Positions 1 through 9,987 of a stretch of DNA of 64,000 nt are shown here, piece by piece. Under the pieces are notes generated by a model that was not told the DNA's origin, did not search any database, and was given only the letters and a program-made list of their open reading frames with translations. The stretch lies in NCBI GenBank assembly GCA_013348845.1, contig CP054675.1, positions 746,419 through 810,418 of the forward strand. The letters run 5' to 3'. A program made the position numbers and the translations under genes. This stretch comes from Candidatus Tepidiaquacella proteinivora (GTDB taxonomy: Bacteria; Bacteroidota; Ignavibacteria; Tepidaquicellales; Tepidaquicellaceae). Position 1 is the first letter of the stretch. Each line of letters begins with the position of its first letter.

Positions 1-233
1 ATCATATCAAGATCTAATTCCTTTAACCTTTGCTCTTCCATAGGAACGCAAATAAGACCACCAGCATTTCTGATTAAAAAATTTACTAATTCAGGCGTAG
101 ATTTTTCTGCAGCGAAAATCATATCACCTTCATTTTCTCTATCCTCATCATCTACAACAATAACAATTTTTCCTTTCTTAAAATTAGAAATAGCATCTTC
201 AATTTTAGAAAAACTTTTACTCTTATCTTTCAT
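1..233 (-). CDS. ribB: 3,4-dihydroxy-2-butanone 4-phosphate synthase domain (N-terminal part of ribB or ribBA), runs off the window
   Basis: Hand translation of the minus strand from ATG (233-231) gives [88 protein letters not shown] and GLIC are the DHBP synthase signature. It is absent from the ORF track because no stop lies inside the window. Confidence 0.85.
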   Translation of the reverse strand, partial: MKDKSKSFSKIEDAISNFKKGKIVIVVDDEDRENEGDMIFAAEKSTPELVNFLIRNAGGLICVPMEEQRLKELDLDM

Positions 234-281
234 TAATTCACTAATTAAAGATAATTAAAATTTAATTCTTCAAAAAAAAAA

Positions 282-623
282 TTACTTCTTATCTACAGCT
301 TCAGTAACACCGACGATAGTAGCAATGGAATTTTTTTCAAGTTTAACTTTTACATTTTCTGCAATTTTCACCAATACAGTTCTTTCTTCTACACCCTCTA
401 CAACTCCGTGAATACCACCCGCAGTAATGATTTTATCGCCTTTTTTAACACCACTGAGCAACTTCTGTCTTTCTTTCTGTCTTTTTTGTTGTGGTCTGAT
501 AATAAACAAGTAAAATACAAGTATAATCAAAATGAATGGCAGGAAACTTAATAACGAGCTCATACCATCCTGTTGCCCTTGTTGAGGCTGGCACTGTAAA
601 ATAATTAAATTTATTAAATTCAA
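282..623 (-). CDS. yajC: preprotein translocase subunit YajC
   Basis: One TM helix followed by IRPQQKRQKERQKLL...GDKIITAGGIHGVV, the YajC core. A TTG start at 623 is preceded by GGAAGG 5 nt upstream. An internal ATG at 563 is an alternative start. Confidence 0.85.
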   Translation of the reverse strand: MNLINLIILQCQPQQGQQDGMSSLLSFLPFILIILVFYLFIIRPQQKRQKERQKLLSGVKKGDKIITAGGIHGVVEGVEERTVLVKIAENVKVKLEKNSIATIVGVTEAVDKK

Positions 624-637
624 TTTAACCTTCCTTT

Positions 638-1774
638 CTAATTAAATTTATTACTCTTATAATTATTTAAAAATTCTTTTTTAAATTGTAAAAATTTATT
701 TTGTTCTATTGCGGTTCTGATTCTTTTCATAAATTCGAAGTAGAACTCAAGATTATGTATCGTTGCAAGTCTCATAGCAAGCGGTTCATTTGAAACGAAT
801 AAATGTTTTATATAAGATAAAGAATACTTATTAAGCACTGAAGAATCGAAACCAGCATCAACCAAATCAAACTTAAACTTATTTCTGGAGTTCTTTAAAT
901 TAATATCTCCAAAAAAAGTGTAAAGCCTTCCATGTCTTGCATTTCTTGTTGGAATAACACAATCAAACATATCAATTCCCATTTCAACTGAATTCAAAAT
1001 ATTTTCCGGAGTTCCAACTCCCATAAGATATCTTGGTTTATTTACCGGTAATATATCAGTACAATAATCAACAATTTCATACATTAGTTCATTATCTTCA
1101 CCAACAGCAAGACCTCCGATAGCATTTCCATCAAATTCCAGTTCATTTAATTGTTCAATACTTCTTTTTCTCAAATCTTTAAAAACAGAACCTTGATTGA
1201 TAGAAAACAGAAATTGTCTATGTCCGTATTTTTCTTTACTTAGCTTAAACCTGTTAAAACATCTCTTTTCCCATTCATAAGTAACCATCAAGGATTTTTC
1301 TGCTCCCGATTTTGATATCGGGTATTCAGAACAAACATCTAACGGCATCATAATATCTGAACCAATAGTTCTTTGGATATCTATTATATCTTCAGGAGTA
1401 AAATAATGAGAAGAACCATCAATATGAGAATTGAACTTAACACCATTATTATCAAATTTTCTTAAAACAGCAAGACTATAAACCTGAAAGCCACCACTAT
1501 CGGTTAGGACTGAATACTGCCAGTTAACAAAATTATGCAAGCCACCAGCATTAGATAAAATTTCTACTCCTGGTCTTAAATACAAATGATATGTATTCGC
1601 TAAAAAAATATTATAACCAATTTTCTCAAGTTCATCATTAGATATAGCTTTCACAGAACCTAAAGTACCAATAGGTAAAAATAAAGGGGTAGAAATTTCA
1701 GAATGCGAAGTAACCAATTTGCCAGTTCTTGCTTTAATATCTCCGCTATGAAAAAGAACTTGAAAAAAATTCAT
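638..1774 (-). CDS. tgt: queuine tRNA-ribosyltransferase (tRNA-guanine transglycosylase)
   Basis: Full-length Tgt similarity (TPLFLPIGT, LTDSGGFQV, MGVGTP, DMFDCV). The ATG at 1774 (MNFFQV) overlaps the upstream stop as ATGA, so it is preferred over the track start at 1789. Confidence 0.93.
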   Translation of the reverse strand: MNFFQVLFHSGDIKARTGKLVTSHSEISTPLFLPIGTLGSVKAISNDELEKIGYNIFLANTYHLYLRPGVEILSNAGGLHNFVNWQYSVLTDSGGFQVYSLAVLRKFDNNGVKFNSHIDGSSHYFTPEDIIDIQRTIGSDIMMPLDVCSEYPISKSGAEKSLMVTYEWEKRCFNRFKLSKEKYGHRQFLFSINQGSVFKDLRKRSIEQLNELEFDGNAIGGLAVGEDNELMYEIVDYCTDILPVNKPRYLMGVGTPENILNSVEMGIDMFDCVIPTRNARHGRLYTFFGDINLKNSRNKFKFDLVDAGFDSSVLNKYSLSYIKHLFVSNEPLAMRLATIHNLEFYFEFMKRIRTAIEQNKFLQFKKEFLNNYKSNKFN

Positions 1775-2586
1775 CTTATCGGTTCCCAATTTTTAGAGAA
1801 TGACTTATTGAAAAATATAATCCAGAAAGCATTAATAGCCCAGAGCAAAAAAAGTTTAACATAACCGTATTTTCTGTATCTTCTTGGTGATTCATAAATC
1901 AAATCTTCTTTTGAGAAATAAATCTTACCAAATTTTGCAAGCCTTCTATATAAATCAAAATCCTCACCGGCGACAAGATTTTCATTATATCCATTTACTT
2001 TTAAAAAAGCTTCTTTAGTCACAACATGACATTCACCTCTTGCCATACCTATATTAAGAAAATTTAAAACTCTGACATAAGTATTATAAAAAAAATGAAA
2101 TATTTTATCAGATAATTTACTTTCCTCTTTAAATACTTTAATCGGATATGCAATTGCAACAATACCATTATGAGAAATAATATTTTTTAACCTGTTAAAC
2201 ATTTGATTTATATCGCTTGAATAAGTATCAGCATTGAAAAAAACAAGTATATCACCCTCAGCATTTTTCGCTCCAAGGTTTCTACCGCGGGAAATATTTT
2301 GTTTTGTTCTTTTATCATTAACTATTAATTTATCATAACCGGAATTAATAATATTCAGAGTATTATCAGTACTTCCACCATCGGACAAAATGAGCTCAAC
2401 ATTGTGTTGTTTTTTAAAATCATCAGTAAACTGTGATAGAACTCTCTTAATAAGTTTTTCTTCGTTAAGCAATGGTATAATTACACTAATGCGAATATCA
2501 TTATTCTTTAAGACTTCATCAGACTTTTCAAGCCCTTTTTGTCTATTGTCCTTAGTGCTTCTGTTGATATTCTCATTCTTATCCAT
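1771..2586 (-). CDS. glycosyltransferase family 2
   Basis: ISVIIPLLNEE...SDGGSTD...GAKNAEGDILVFFNAD are GT2 (GT-A) motifs. The only ATG/GTG/TTG start (2586) overlaps the rpmB 3' end by 79 nt. Confidence 0.8.
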   Translation of the reverse strand: MDKNENINRSTKDNRQKGLEKSDEVLKNNDIRISVIIPLLNEEKLIKRVLSQFTDDFKKQHNVELILSDGGSTDNTLNIINSGYDKLIVNDKRTKQNISRGRNLGAKNAEGDILVFFNADTYSSDINQMFNRLKNIISHNGIVAIAYPIKVFKEESKLSDKIFHFFYNTYVRVLNFLNIGMARGECHVVTKEAFLKVNGYNENLVAGEDFDLYRRLAKFGKIYFSKEDLIYESPRRYRKYGYVKLFLLWAINAFWIIFFNKSFSKNWEPIR

Positions 2587-2720
2587 CTTTTTTTCTCATC
2601 ATCCCATACTTTTTTATATTGAAGATTTGGGAATTGTTTTCTTTTAGTTCTATTGTTTGCATGTGAGACATTATTTCCGGTAAGATTTTTTTTGCCGGTA
2701 ATCTTACAAATTCTAGCCAT
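2508..2720 (-). CDS. rpmB: 50S ribosomal protein L28
   Basis: MARICKITGKKNLTGNNVSHANNRTKRKQFPNLQ is the typical L28 N-terminus. Confidence 0.9.
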   Translation of the reverse strand: MARICKITGKKNLTGNNVSHANNRTKRKQFPNLQYKKVWDDEKKRWIRMRISTEALRTIDKKGLKSLMKS

Positions 2721-2731
2721 ATTATTAATAA

Positions 2732-2938
2732 TTAAGGTTTATAAACTTTGAATGTTGATTCATAAATTTTTGCGTTTCTGTCGAGAAATTTATAAGTCCC
2801 TTTCTCTGTTTTCACTGCCTGAACAAGTCTAACTGTTAATATTCTGGTCTCCTTGTTTGTATCAGGACAAATTGCAGTTAGTTCTGTTTTCTTTGCTAAT
2901 TTTGCTGCTTTATCTGCGAATGATTGTGCTTTTGCCAT
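2732..2938 (-). CDS. small conserved hypothetical protein next to rpmB (possibly DUF4295-like)
   Basis: 68-aa basic ORF packed tightly between plsX and rpmB. The AVKTEKGTYKF segment recalls the DUF4295 proteins that accompany rpmB/rpmG in Bacteroidota. The family assignment is tentative. Confidence 0.45.
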   Translation of the reverse strand: MAKAQSFADKAAKLAKKTELTAICPDTNKETRILTVRLVQAVKTEKGTYKFLDRNAKIYESTFKVYKP

Positions 2939-2943
2939 AGTAT

Positions 2944-3975
2944 TTATTTATTATTATTTAAATACGAGTTAATTTCTGTTTTAATTTTATTATTTACATT
3001 CTTTTTTACCATATCTACAGCTCTGAAAATCATATTCTTTATTGCAAATGATGTTGATTTACCGTGTCCGATGATTGCGACACCATTAACACCCAATAAA
3101 GGAACACCGCCATAATTCTGATAATCAAATTCTTTAAGGATTTTTCTTAGCGTATTCCTGAACATACCAATCCATATTTTATTTTTAAGATTTCTGCTTG
3201 CATATTCTTTGAATTTATACTTCAAAATTTCAATTACACTTTCAGCAAATTTTAAAACTATATTACCTGTATAACCATCACACACAGCAACATCAACTTT
3301 ACCACATAGAATATCATCACCTTCAACATTACCAATGAAATTTATTTTTGAATTTTTAAGAATTTCGTAAGCTTTAACTGTAACTTCATTGCCTTTGTTT
3401 TCTTCTTCGCCAATATTCAATAATCCAACTCTTGGGTTAGGAATATTAAGTACATAATTCATATAAACACTACCCATAACGGCAAACTCAAAAAGATGTC
3501 TCGATTTACAATCAACAGAAGCGCCAACATCAAATAACATTGAATATCCACCTTTTAAACTCGGCATTGGAGTTCCGATAGTAGGTCTACTAATACCTTC
3601 TATTTTTCCAAGAGATAAAGTTGAATTAGCAAGCACTGCACCGGTATTACCAGCACTTACAAAAGCATCTGACTTTCCGTTACTTTGTAATTCAAGTCCA
3701 ATCCTCATAGAGGATTTCGGTTTATTTTTATAACTATCCGAAGGTGAATCTTCCATAGTGACAATGTCTTCAGCATCGATAATATTAAAATTATTGATAA
3801 AACCAATTTTCTTCAAATGCTGCTCAATCAACTTACCTTCACCAACAAGAGTTATATCAAGAATCTCGCTTTTTTCTTTGTAAGCAAGGACAGCGCCTTC
3901 AATTTCATTCAGAGGGGCAAAATTTCCCCCCATAGCATCTAAAGCAATCCTGATTTTATTATTGTTGTCTTCCAA
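2944..3975 (-). CDS. plsX: phosphate acyltransferase PlsX
   Basis: IALDAMGGNFAP, SAGNTGA and GHGKS motifs, and the position downstream of rpmF is classical. Confidence 0.92.
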   Translation of the reverse strand: MEDNNNKIRIALDAMGGNFAPLNEIEGAVLAYKEKSEILDITLVGEGKLIEQHLKKIGFINNFNIIDAEDIVTMEDSPSDSYKNKPKSSMRIGLELQSNGKSDAFVSAGNTGAVLANSTLSLGKIEGISRPTIGTPMPSLKGGYSMLFDVGASVDCKSRHLFEFAVMGSVYMNYVLNIPNPRVGLLNIGEEENKGNEVTVKAYEILKNSKINFIGNVEGDDILCGKVDVAVCDGYTGNIVLKFAESVIEILKYKFKEYASRNLKNKIWIGMFRNTLRKILKEFDYQNYGGVPLLGVNGVAIIGHGKSTSFAIKNMIFRAVDMVKKNVNNKIKTEINSYLNNNK

Positions 3976-3991
3976 TTTCTATTATAATTAA

Positions 3992-4171
3992 TTATTTCCT
4001 TGGAATAATAACGCTCTTTTTATCGTAATATCCACAAGATGGACATACCTGATGAGCTAATTTCATTTCTCCACAATTAGAACAAACAACCATTTGCGGT
4101 ACGGAAGCTTTATAATGGGTTCTTCTCTTCCTACCTCTTGCTTTTGAGTGTCTTCTTTTCGGATTTGGCAT
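3992..4171 (-). CDS. rpmF: 50S ribosomal protein L32
   Basis: Not in the ORF track (59 aa). Hand translation gives [59 protein letters not shown], with the L32 N-terminus and the CxxC...CxxC zinc ribbon. Confidence 0.9.
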   Translation of the reverse strand: MPNPKRRHSKARGRKRRTHYKASVPQMVVCSNCGEMKLAHQVCPSCGYYDKKSVIIPRK

Positions 4172-4190
4172 AAAATATAAAGTTAATTTA

Positions 4191-4679
4191 CTAAAATAAA
4201 TTTTTAAATTCTGTTGTATCTTCTTTACTATATCTGCTAAATAAAGAATCTATTCTTCTGTTACAAAATAAACATATACCATCTTTTTCTTCAGGCACTT
4301 TTTTCATTGGAATAGACAAAAGTATATAATCTCGTACTGCTTCGGAAATATCAATTTCAAAAGAATTCTTATCGATATAAAAAACATCCGGTTCCTTATT
4401 ATTACTATTTAATAAAAAATAATCATCATTCATTTTATAAAGTAATTCGAAAACTCTGGAAAAATTATATTTAAAAGAGTCAAGACATCTGTCACATTCA
4501 AGTAAAATAATACCATTAACAGCAATATTTAACAGAATATTACTTGCACGTTTTGTTAATTTAACATCAACATTAAAATCATCAATAAGTTCATAGTAAT
4601 CTATGTCGATATCTAAAAAATTCGCTCTAAAATTATAAAAGTAATCACCATCTCGCAGACCTGAGATTTTAATTTTCAT
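4191..4679 (-). CDS. yceD: YceD/DUF177 family protein (ribosomal large-subunit accumulation protein)
   Basis: 162-aa acidic protein with CDRCL...C..C motifs, immediately upstream of rpmF-plsX as in many bacteria. Confidence 0.75.
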   Translation of the reverse strand: MKIKISGLRDGDYFYNFRANFLDIDIDYYELIDDFNVDVKLTKRASNILLNIAVNGIILLECDRCLDSFKYNFSRVFELLYKMNDDYFLLNSNNKEPDVFYIDKNSFEIDISEAVRDYILLSIPMKKVPEEKDGICLFCNRRIDSLFSRYSKEDTTEFKNLF

Positions 4680-4703
4680 TTTTTGTAATAATTTGTAATT
4701 AAA

Positions 4704-5087
4704 TTATATTCCTATAAGTTCTGAATATGCTTTTGAATCGAGTAAATTATTTAATTCTTCCGGTTGAGAAGGTTCAATTTTAATAATCCAACCCTCACCA
4801 TAGGGGTCTTCATTAAGTAAAGATGCGTTATCTTTGATAGCAGAATTAATTTCTACAATTTTACCAGATATTGGGCTGTAAACTTCAGCAACAGTTTTTA
4901 CCGCTTCAATAGAACCTAATACATCGCCCTGATTTACTTCACTACCAATTTCAGCTGTTATATCAACATAAATAATATCGCCTAATTCGCTTTGAGCGTA
5001 ATCGGTAATGCCTACTTTACCAATACCACCATCTAATTTCAGATACTCATGGTCTTTTGTGTATTTTAAATCTTCTGGAACCTTCAT
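4704..5087 (-). CDS. gcvH: glycine cleavage system protein H
   Basis: YTKDHEY...GITDYAQ..LGDI.YV...GSIEAVKTV.EVYSPISG contains the lipoyl-lysine motif. Confidence 0.93.
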   Translation of the reverse strand: MKVPEDLKYTKDHEYLKLDGGIGKVGITDYAQSELGDIIYVDITAEIGSEVNQGDVLGSIEAVKTVAEVYSPISGKIVEINSAIKDNASLLNEDPYGEGWIIKIEPSQPEELNNLLDSKAYSELIGI

Positions 5088-5161
5088 AATTATAAATTTT
5101 TTGATTTTAAAATGTTAAAAATAATAAATTTAACTATGTTATTCAATCAAATTAGTTATTA

Positions 5162-6478
5162 TTATTTACCCTCCAATTCTCGTTTTAAAGCTTCTTTTTC
5201 AATTTCCAATTGCTTTATTTTTCTATCGATATTATCAATTTCTTCGGGTAATGAATCAATTTCTATCCTTAATTTAGATGCTGCTTCATCAATCAGGTCT
5301 ATTGCTTTATCTGGTAAAAATCTATCAGCAATATATCTATCAGATAACTGTGCAGCAGCAACAATAGCAGAATCTGTAATTCTTACACCGTGATGTACTT
5401 CATATTTTTCCTTCAACCCCCTAAGAATAGATATTGTATCTTCGACATCTGGCTCCAAAATCATAACAGGTTGAAACCTTCTTTCTAAAGCAGGGTCCTT
5501 CTCAATATACTTTCTATACTCATCAATTGTGGTTGCACCGATACACCTTAAATCCCCTCTTGCAAGTGCCGGTTTTAATAAATTTGATGCATCCATAGAA
5601 CCGGTTGTTGCACCAGCACCAACAACCGTATGTAGTTCGTCTATAAATAAAATAATTTTACCATCAGATTCCTGAATTTCCTTTAAAACAGATTTTAAAC
5701 GCTCTTCAAATTGTCCTCTATATTGAGCACCGGCAATTAATGCACCCATATCCAAAGCAATTATGACTTTTTCTTTTAAACTTTCAGGGACATCCCCCTG
5801 CACAATTCTTATAGCGATTCCTTCAGCAATAGCTGTTTTTCCGACACCGGGTTCACCAATTAAAACAGGATTATTTTTAGTTCTTCTTGAAAGAACCTGT
5901 AAAACCCTTCTAATTTCTTCCTCTCTTCCAATAACGGGATCAAGTTTCCCCTTTGAAGCAAGTTCATTTAAATTTCTACCGTATCTTTCAAGCGCTTTAA
6001 AAGTATCCTCAGGGTTTTGTCCGGTAACTCTTCCAGAACCTCTGACATCTTTCAAAATGAGAAGAATCCTATCTTTAGTAACACCATATTTATTAAGTAT
6101 TTGTTTTATCTGACTTTTACCATAATTTGATAAAGCAATTAATATATGCTCAACAGATATATAATCATCTTTCATATATCCTGCTTCTTTCTCGGCTCCT
6201 TCCAGAACATCATTTAAATCTTTTGATATTGACTTAGAAATATCGCCGGAGACCTTTGGGAAAGTACTGATAATTTCGTTATTTTTATTCTCTATCTGAT
6301 TTACAGATACATCAAGTTTTTGTAAAATTGAAACTGCAATTCCCTCTCTATCCTGAATTAATGCAGCAAAGAGGTGTTCAGGTTGAATAATTTGATTAGA
6401 GTTTTCACTTGCGATTTGCTGAGAAAGCTGTAAAGCTTCCTGCGATTTTAAGGTAAATTTATTTATATCTATTGGCAT
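5162..6478 (-). CDS. clpB: ClpB-like AAA+ chaperone, N-terminal half only (N-domain + NBD1 + first M-domain helix); possible gene remnant
   Basis: Collinear with ClpB residues 1 to about 437: [15 protein letters not shown], Walker A GEPGVGKT, Walker [18 protein letters not shown] and [25 protein letters not shown]. It then stops at TAATAATAA, and gcvH starts 75 nt later. Confidence 0.8.
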   Translation of the reverse strand: MPIDINKFTLKSQEALQLSQQIASENSNQIIQPEHLFAALIQDREGIAVSILQKLDVSVNQIENKNNEIISTFPKVSGDISKSISKDLNDVLEGAEKEAGYMKDDYISVEHILIALSNYGKSQIKQILNKYGVTKDRILLILKDVRGSGRVTGQNPEDTFKALERYGRNLNELASKGKLDPVIGREEEIRRVLQVLSRRTKNNPVLIGEPGVGKTAIAEGIAIRIVQGDVPESLKEKVIIALDMGALIAGAQYRGQFEERLKSVLKEIQESDGKIILFIDELHTVVGAGATTGSMDASNLLKPALARGDLRCIGATTIDEYRKYIEKDPALERRFQPVMILEPDVEDTISILRGLKEKYEVHHGVRITDSAIVAAAQLSDRYIADRFLPDKAIDLIDEAASKLRIEIDSLPEEIDNIDRKIKQLEIEKEALKRELEGK

Positions 6479-6579
6479 AACAATAAAATTATATTCAAAA
6501 CTAATGAGTATATACTAATTTTTCAATTACAAGTTAGACATCCATTTATTAATTTACAATGTTATAATAGAAATAGATT

Positions 6580-7404
6580 ATGGCAACAAAAATAAGTACT
6601 TTAATTTTAACATATAACAGCTCATATACTCTTGAACGTTGCTTAAAAAGCGTTCAATGGACTGATGAGATAGTTATAATTGATTCTTATAGTAAAGATT
6701 CAACAATAGATATTGCAAAAAAATATAACTGCAAAATTTACCAAATTGAAAGAATGAGATGGCCTGATATTATTAAATTCAGTCTTCCCAAATTAAAGAA
6801 TGACTGGGTCTTATTTCTTGATTCAGACGAAGAATTATCCCCGCAACTTCAAGAAGAAATCAAAGAGTTATTTGAAAATGAGAATATAAACCCGGGTGGA
6901 TATCAAATAAACCGCCAAGTATATTTTATTGGGAAAAGGCTTAATTACGGTGAATGGAACAATGACTTTCAGTTAAGAATTTTTAACAAGAACAACACTG
7001 AATCAAGTGATTTAGAAGTGCATGGTGCTTTCCTCTCAAAGGAAAGACCACAAAGACTTAAGAATAATATTTATCATTATACATACAGAAATATTTTTGA
7101 TTTTGTTGAGAGGTTTAATTGGTACAGCTCACTTGATGTTACAGTAAAATTAAATAAAAAACCAGATATACAAGTAAGATGGTATAACTTAATATTAAAT
7201 CCAATGTGTGATTTCCTGAAAGTATATATTTCAAGAAAAGGATTCAAAGATGGAATTCATGGTTTTATTCTTGCTATTTTTTCTTCCATACATAAACTTT
7301 GTACTTATGCTAAATTATGGGAATATAATTATTGTAAAGCACATAATCTCGAATTGCCTCCAATTAATTATAAAGAATTAGTAAATTTAATCAGAAGAAA
7401 CTAA
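6580..7404 (+). CDS. glycosyltransferase family 2 (LPS-core type)
   Basis: STLILTYNS...IIDSYSKDST...LDSDEE are GT2 motifs. It is the tandem paralogue of the next gene. Confidence 0.8.
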   Translation: MATKISTLILTYNSSYTLERCLKSVQWTDEIVIIDSYSKDSTIDIAKKYNCKIYQIERMRWPDIIKFSLPKLKNDWVLFLDSDEELSPQLQEEIKELFENENINPGGYQINRQVYFIGKRLNYGEWNNDFQLRIFNKNNTESSDLEVHGAFLSKERPQRLKNNIYHYTYRNIFDFVERFNWYSSLDVTVKLNKKPDIQVRWYNLILNPMCDFLKVYISRKGFKDGIHGFILAIFSSIHKLCTYAKLWEYNYCKAHNLELPPINYKELVNLIRRN

Positions 7405-7405
7405 A

Positions 7406-8164
7406 TTGATTTCCGCACTTTTAATCTGTTATAACGAAGAGAAAATTATCAGAAGATGTCTTGAAAGCATCAAATGGATAGATGAAATAGTCGTCGTTGA
7501 TGCATATAGTACAGATGAAACATTAAAAATCTGTAAGCAATACACTGATAAAATATATGAAAAGAAGTGGGAAGGTTTTTCCAGACAGAAAATATTCGGA
7601 TTAACAAAATGTAATGGAGACTGGATTTTCTCAATCGATGCAGATGAAATATGTACCGAACAATTGAAAGAAGAAATAATAAATAAAATAAAGAATAGTG
7701 ATTGTAAAGAAGATGGATTTTTAATACCAAGAAAAAATTATTTCAAAAATCATAGATTGAAATTCGGCGGGAGCTATCCTGATTATCAATTAAGATTATT
7801 TAGAAAGACAAAAGCTACTGTAAACGAACGACTTGTACATGAAAGTTTTAAGGTTGATGGTATAATTTCAAAATTAAAAAATTGCATTGAACATTATCCT
7901 TATAGAAATTTTAATCAGTATCTTGAAAAAATTAATACATACTCCAGTCTATCTGCACAGGAAAAATTTAATCTCGGAAAAAAGACAAATTTATTTCTGA
8001 TAGTGTTTAACCCTATATTCGAGTTCAAGAAAAATTATTTTCTTCAACTTGGTTTTTTAGATGGAATAGCTGGATTTTACAAAGCACTTTTTCACTTTTT
8101 ATCAAAACTTTATACACAAATAAAGTTATGGGAACTAAATTATAGTAAGAAAAACAACGAATGA
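7406..8164 (+). CDS. glycosyltransferase family 2 (LPS-core type)
   Basis: SALLICYNEE...VVDAYSTDET...IDADE, with a TTG start 2 nt after the previous stop. Confidence 0.8.
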   Translation: MISALLICYNEEKIIRRCLESIKWIDEIVVVDAYSTDETLKICKQYTDKIYEKKWEGFSRQKIFGLTKCNGDWIFSIDADEICTEQLKEEIINKIKNSDCKEDGFLIPRKNYFKNHRLKFGGSYPDYQLRLFRKTKATVNERLVHESFKVDGIISKLKNCIEHYPYRNFNQYLEKINTYSSLSAQEKFNLGKKTNLFLIVFNPIFEFKKNYFLQLGFLDGIAGFYKALFHFLSKLYTQIKLWELNYSKKNNE

Positions 8165-9987
8165 AAACCTATAGAAGACTTTTAAAATATTTAAAAAAGT
8201 ATAAAAAAACATTAGCTAATTCTATATTATTCTCTCTTGTATATTCTATATTAAGCGGATTTGCTGCATATTTGACAATTCCACTACTTAGGACTTTATT
8301 TATGAATAATACACCTACTGCTGAAGTTTCCGGTTCTGATATATCCAGTTTTTTCAGAAATTTTCAATATCATTTTGAAAGTTTTATATTTCAAGGGGGT
8401 AAAGAATTAGCAATATTAAAAATCTGTATTATAATGGTGCTCGCATATTCTTTGAAAAATATTACCGGTTATATTCATTCTATTCTTGTCTTATCTGTTG
8501 AGAAAGGAATTATGCGGGATATCAGGAATCAGTTATATACAAAAATTAACACATTCCCTATCAGGTATTTTACTGAACAAAGAACCGGACATTTAATGTC
8601 AGTAATGACTAGTGATATTTCAAATGTACAATCTGCCATTGCTGCTACATTTTATGATTTAATGAAAGACCCTCTTTTGATAATTATTTACTTAATTTTG
8701 TCTTTCTTGATTAGTGTTGAAATGACTATTATTGCATTTATTGTATTTCCTGTTAGTGTTTTTATAATATCAAGAATGGGTGCTTCATTAAGGAGAAGAA
8801 GTATGCGGGTTCAAAACAAAATTTCTGATATTATGTCTATAGTATCTGAAACCATATATGCAGCAAAAATCATACGCGCTTTCAATTCAGAAAATTATGA
8901 GAATAAAAGATTTTACGAAGAGTCTGAAAAACATTATAATCTTTCCAAAAAAGTATATAAAATTAGTGAATTAGTATCTCCATTGACTGAAATATTAACA
9001 ATGATTTCTGGCGCTATTATTGTATGGATTGGAGGAAGACAAATATTGATTAATAATACCCTGAAGCCCGAAGAATTTTTTGGTTTTCTTTTTATACTTT
9101 TTCAACTTGTAACCCCTATAAAACATCTCGGAACTGTTAGTAACAGAATCCAGGAATCTTCTGCTTCCGGAGATAGAATATTTTCTATTTTAGATGCTGA
9201 TATAGAAATTAAAGACGATAAAAATGCTATTGATCTTAAAGAATTCAAAAATGAAATTGAACTTAAAAATGTAAGTTTCTCTTATGATGGGAAAATTGAA
9301 ATACTGAAAAATATAAATTGTATTATTAAAAAATCTCAATTAGTAGCACTTGTTGGGCCATCTGGGGCTGGTAAAACAACTATGGTTGATATAATTGCAA
9401 GGTTCTATGATGTATGTGAAGGAGAAATATTAATAGATGGGATTAATATAAAAAAGATTAAGCTAAATTCATTAAGAAGACTAATTGGTTTAGTCCCACA
9501 AGAAATAATTCTATTCAATGATACGATAAGAAATAACATAATATTTGGATTAGATAATGTTTCAGAACAGACTTTAATAGAAATAACAAAATATGCAAAT
9601 GCTTATGATTTTATAATGCAAATGTCGAATGGATTTGATACCAATGTCGGAGAGAGAGGGATTAAATTATCAGGCGGGCAGAAACAAAGAATAGCAATAG
9701 CAAGAGCATTATTGAGAAATCCGCAGATATTAATTCTTGATGAAGCGACATCTTCGCTTGATTCAGAATCTGAAAGTTTAGTTAAAGATGCACTTGATAA
9801 ACTAATGGCAAACAGAACTTCCATCGTAATTGCACATAGATTATCCACAATATTAAGTGCTGATAAAATTTTAGTATTTGATAAAGGGAAAATAGTCCAA
9901 ACCGGTAAACATTCGGAATTAATTAAAATAAGAACTGGCTTATATAGAAAACTTTACGATATGCAATTTAAAAATGAAATTCAGTAA
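8161..9987 (+). CDS. ABC transporter permease/ATPase, MsbA-like lipid exporter
   Basis: Six-TM N-terminal domain followed by Walker A GPSGAGKT, signature LSGGQKQR and Walker B ILILDEATS. The start overlaps the upstream stop as ATGA. Confidence 0.85.
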   Translation: MKTYRRLLKYLKKYKKTLANSILFSLVYSILSGFAAYLTIPLLRTLFMNNTPTAEVSGSDISSFFRNFQYHFESFIFQGGKELAILKICIIMVLAYSLKNITGYIHSILVLSVEKGIMRDIRNQLYTKINTFPIRYFTEQRTGHLMSVMTSDISNVQSAIAATFYDLMKDPLLIIIYLILSFLISVEMTIIAFIVFPVSVFIISRMGASLRRRSMRVQNKISDIMSIVSETIYAAKIIRAFNSENYENKRFYEESEKHYNLSKKVYKISELVSPLTEILTMISGAIIVWIGGRQILINNTLKPEEFFGFLFILFQLVTPIKHLGTVSNRIQESSASGDRIFSILDADIEIKDDKNAIDLKEFKNEIELKNVSFSYDGKIEILKNINCIIKKSQLVALVGPSGAGKTTMVDIIARFYDVCEGEILIDGINIKKIKLNSLRRLIGLVPQEIILFNDTIRNNIIFGLDNVSEQTLIEITKYANAYDFIMQMSNGFDTNVGERGIKLSGGQKQRIAIARALLRNPQILILDEATSSLDSESESLVKDALDKLMANRTSIVIAHRLSTILSADKILVFDKGKIVQTGKHSELIKIRTGLYRKLYDMQFKNEIQ

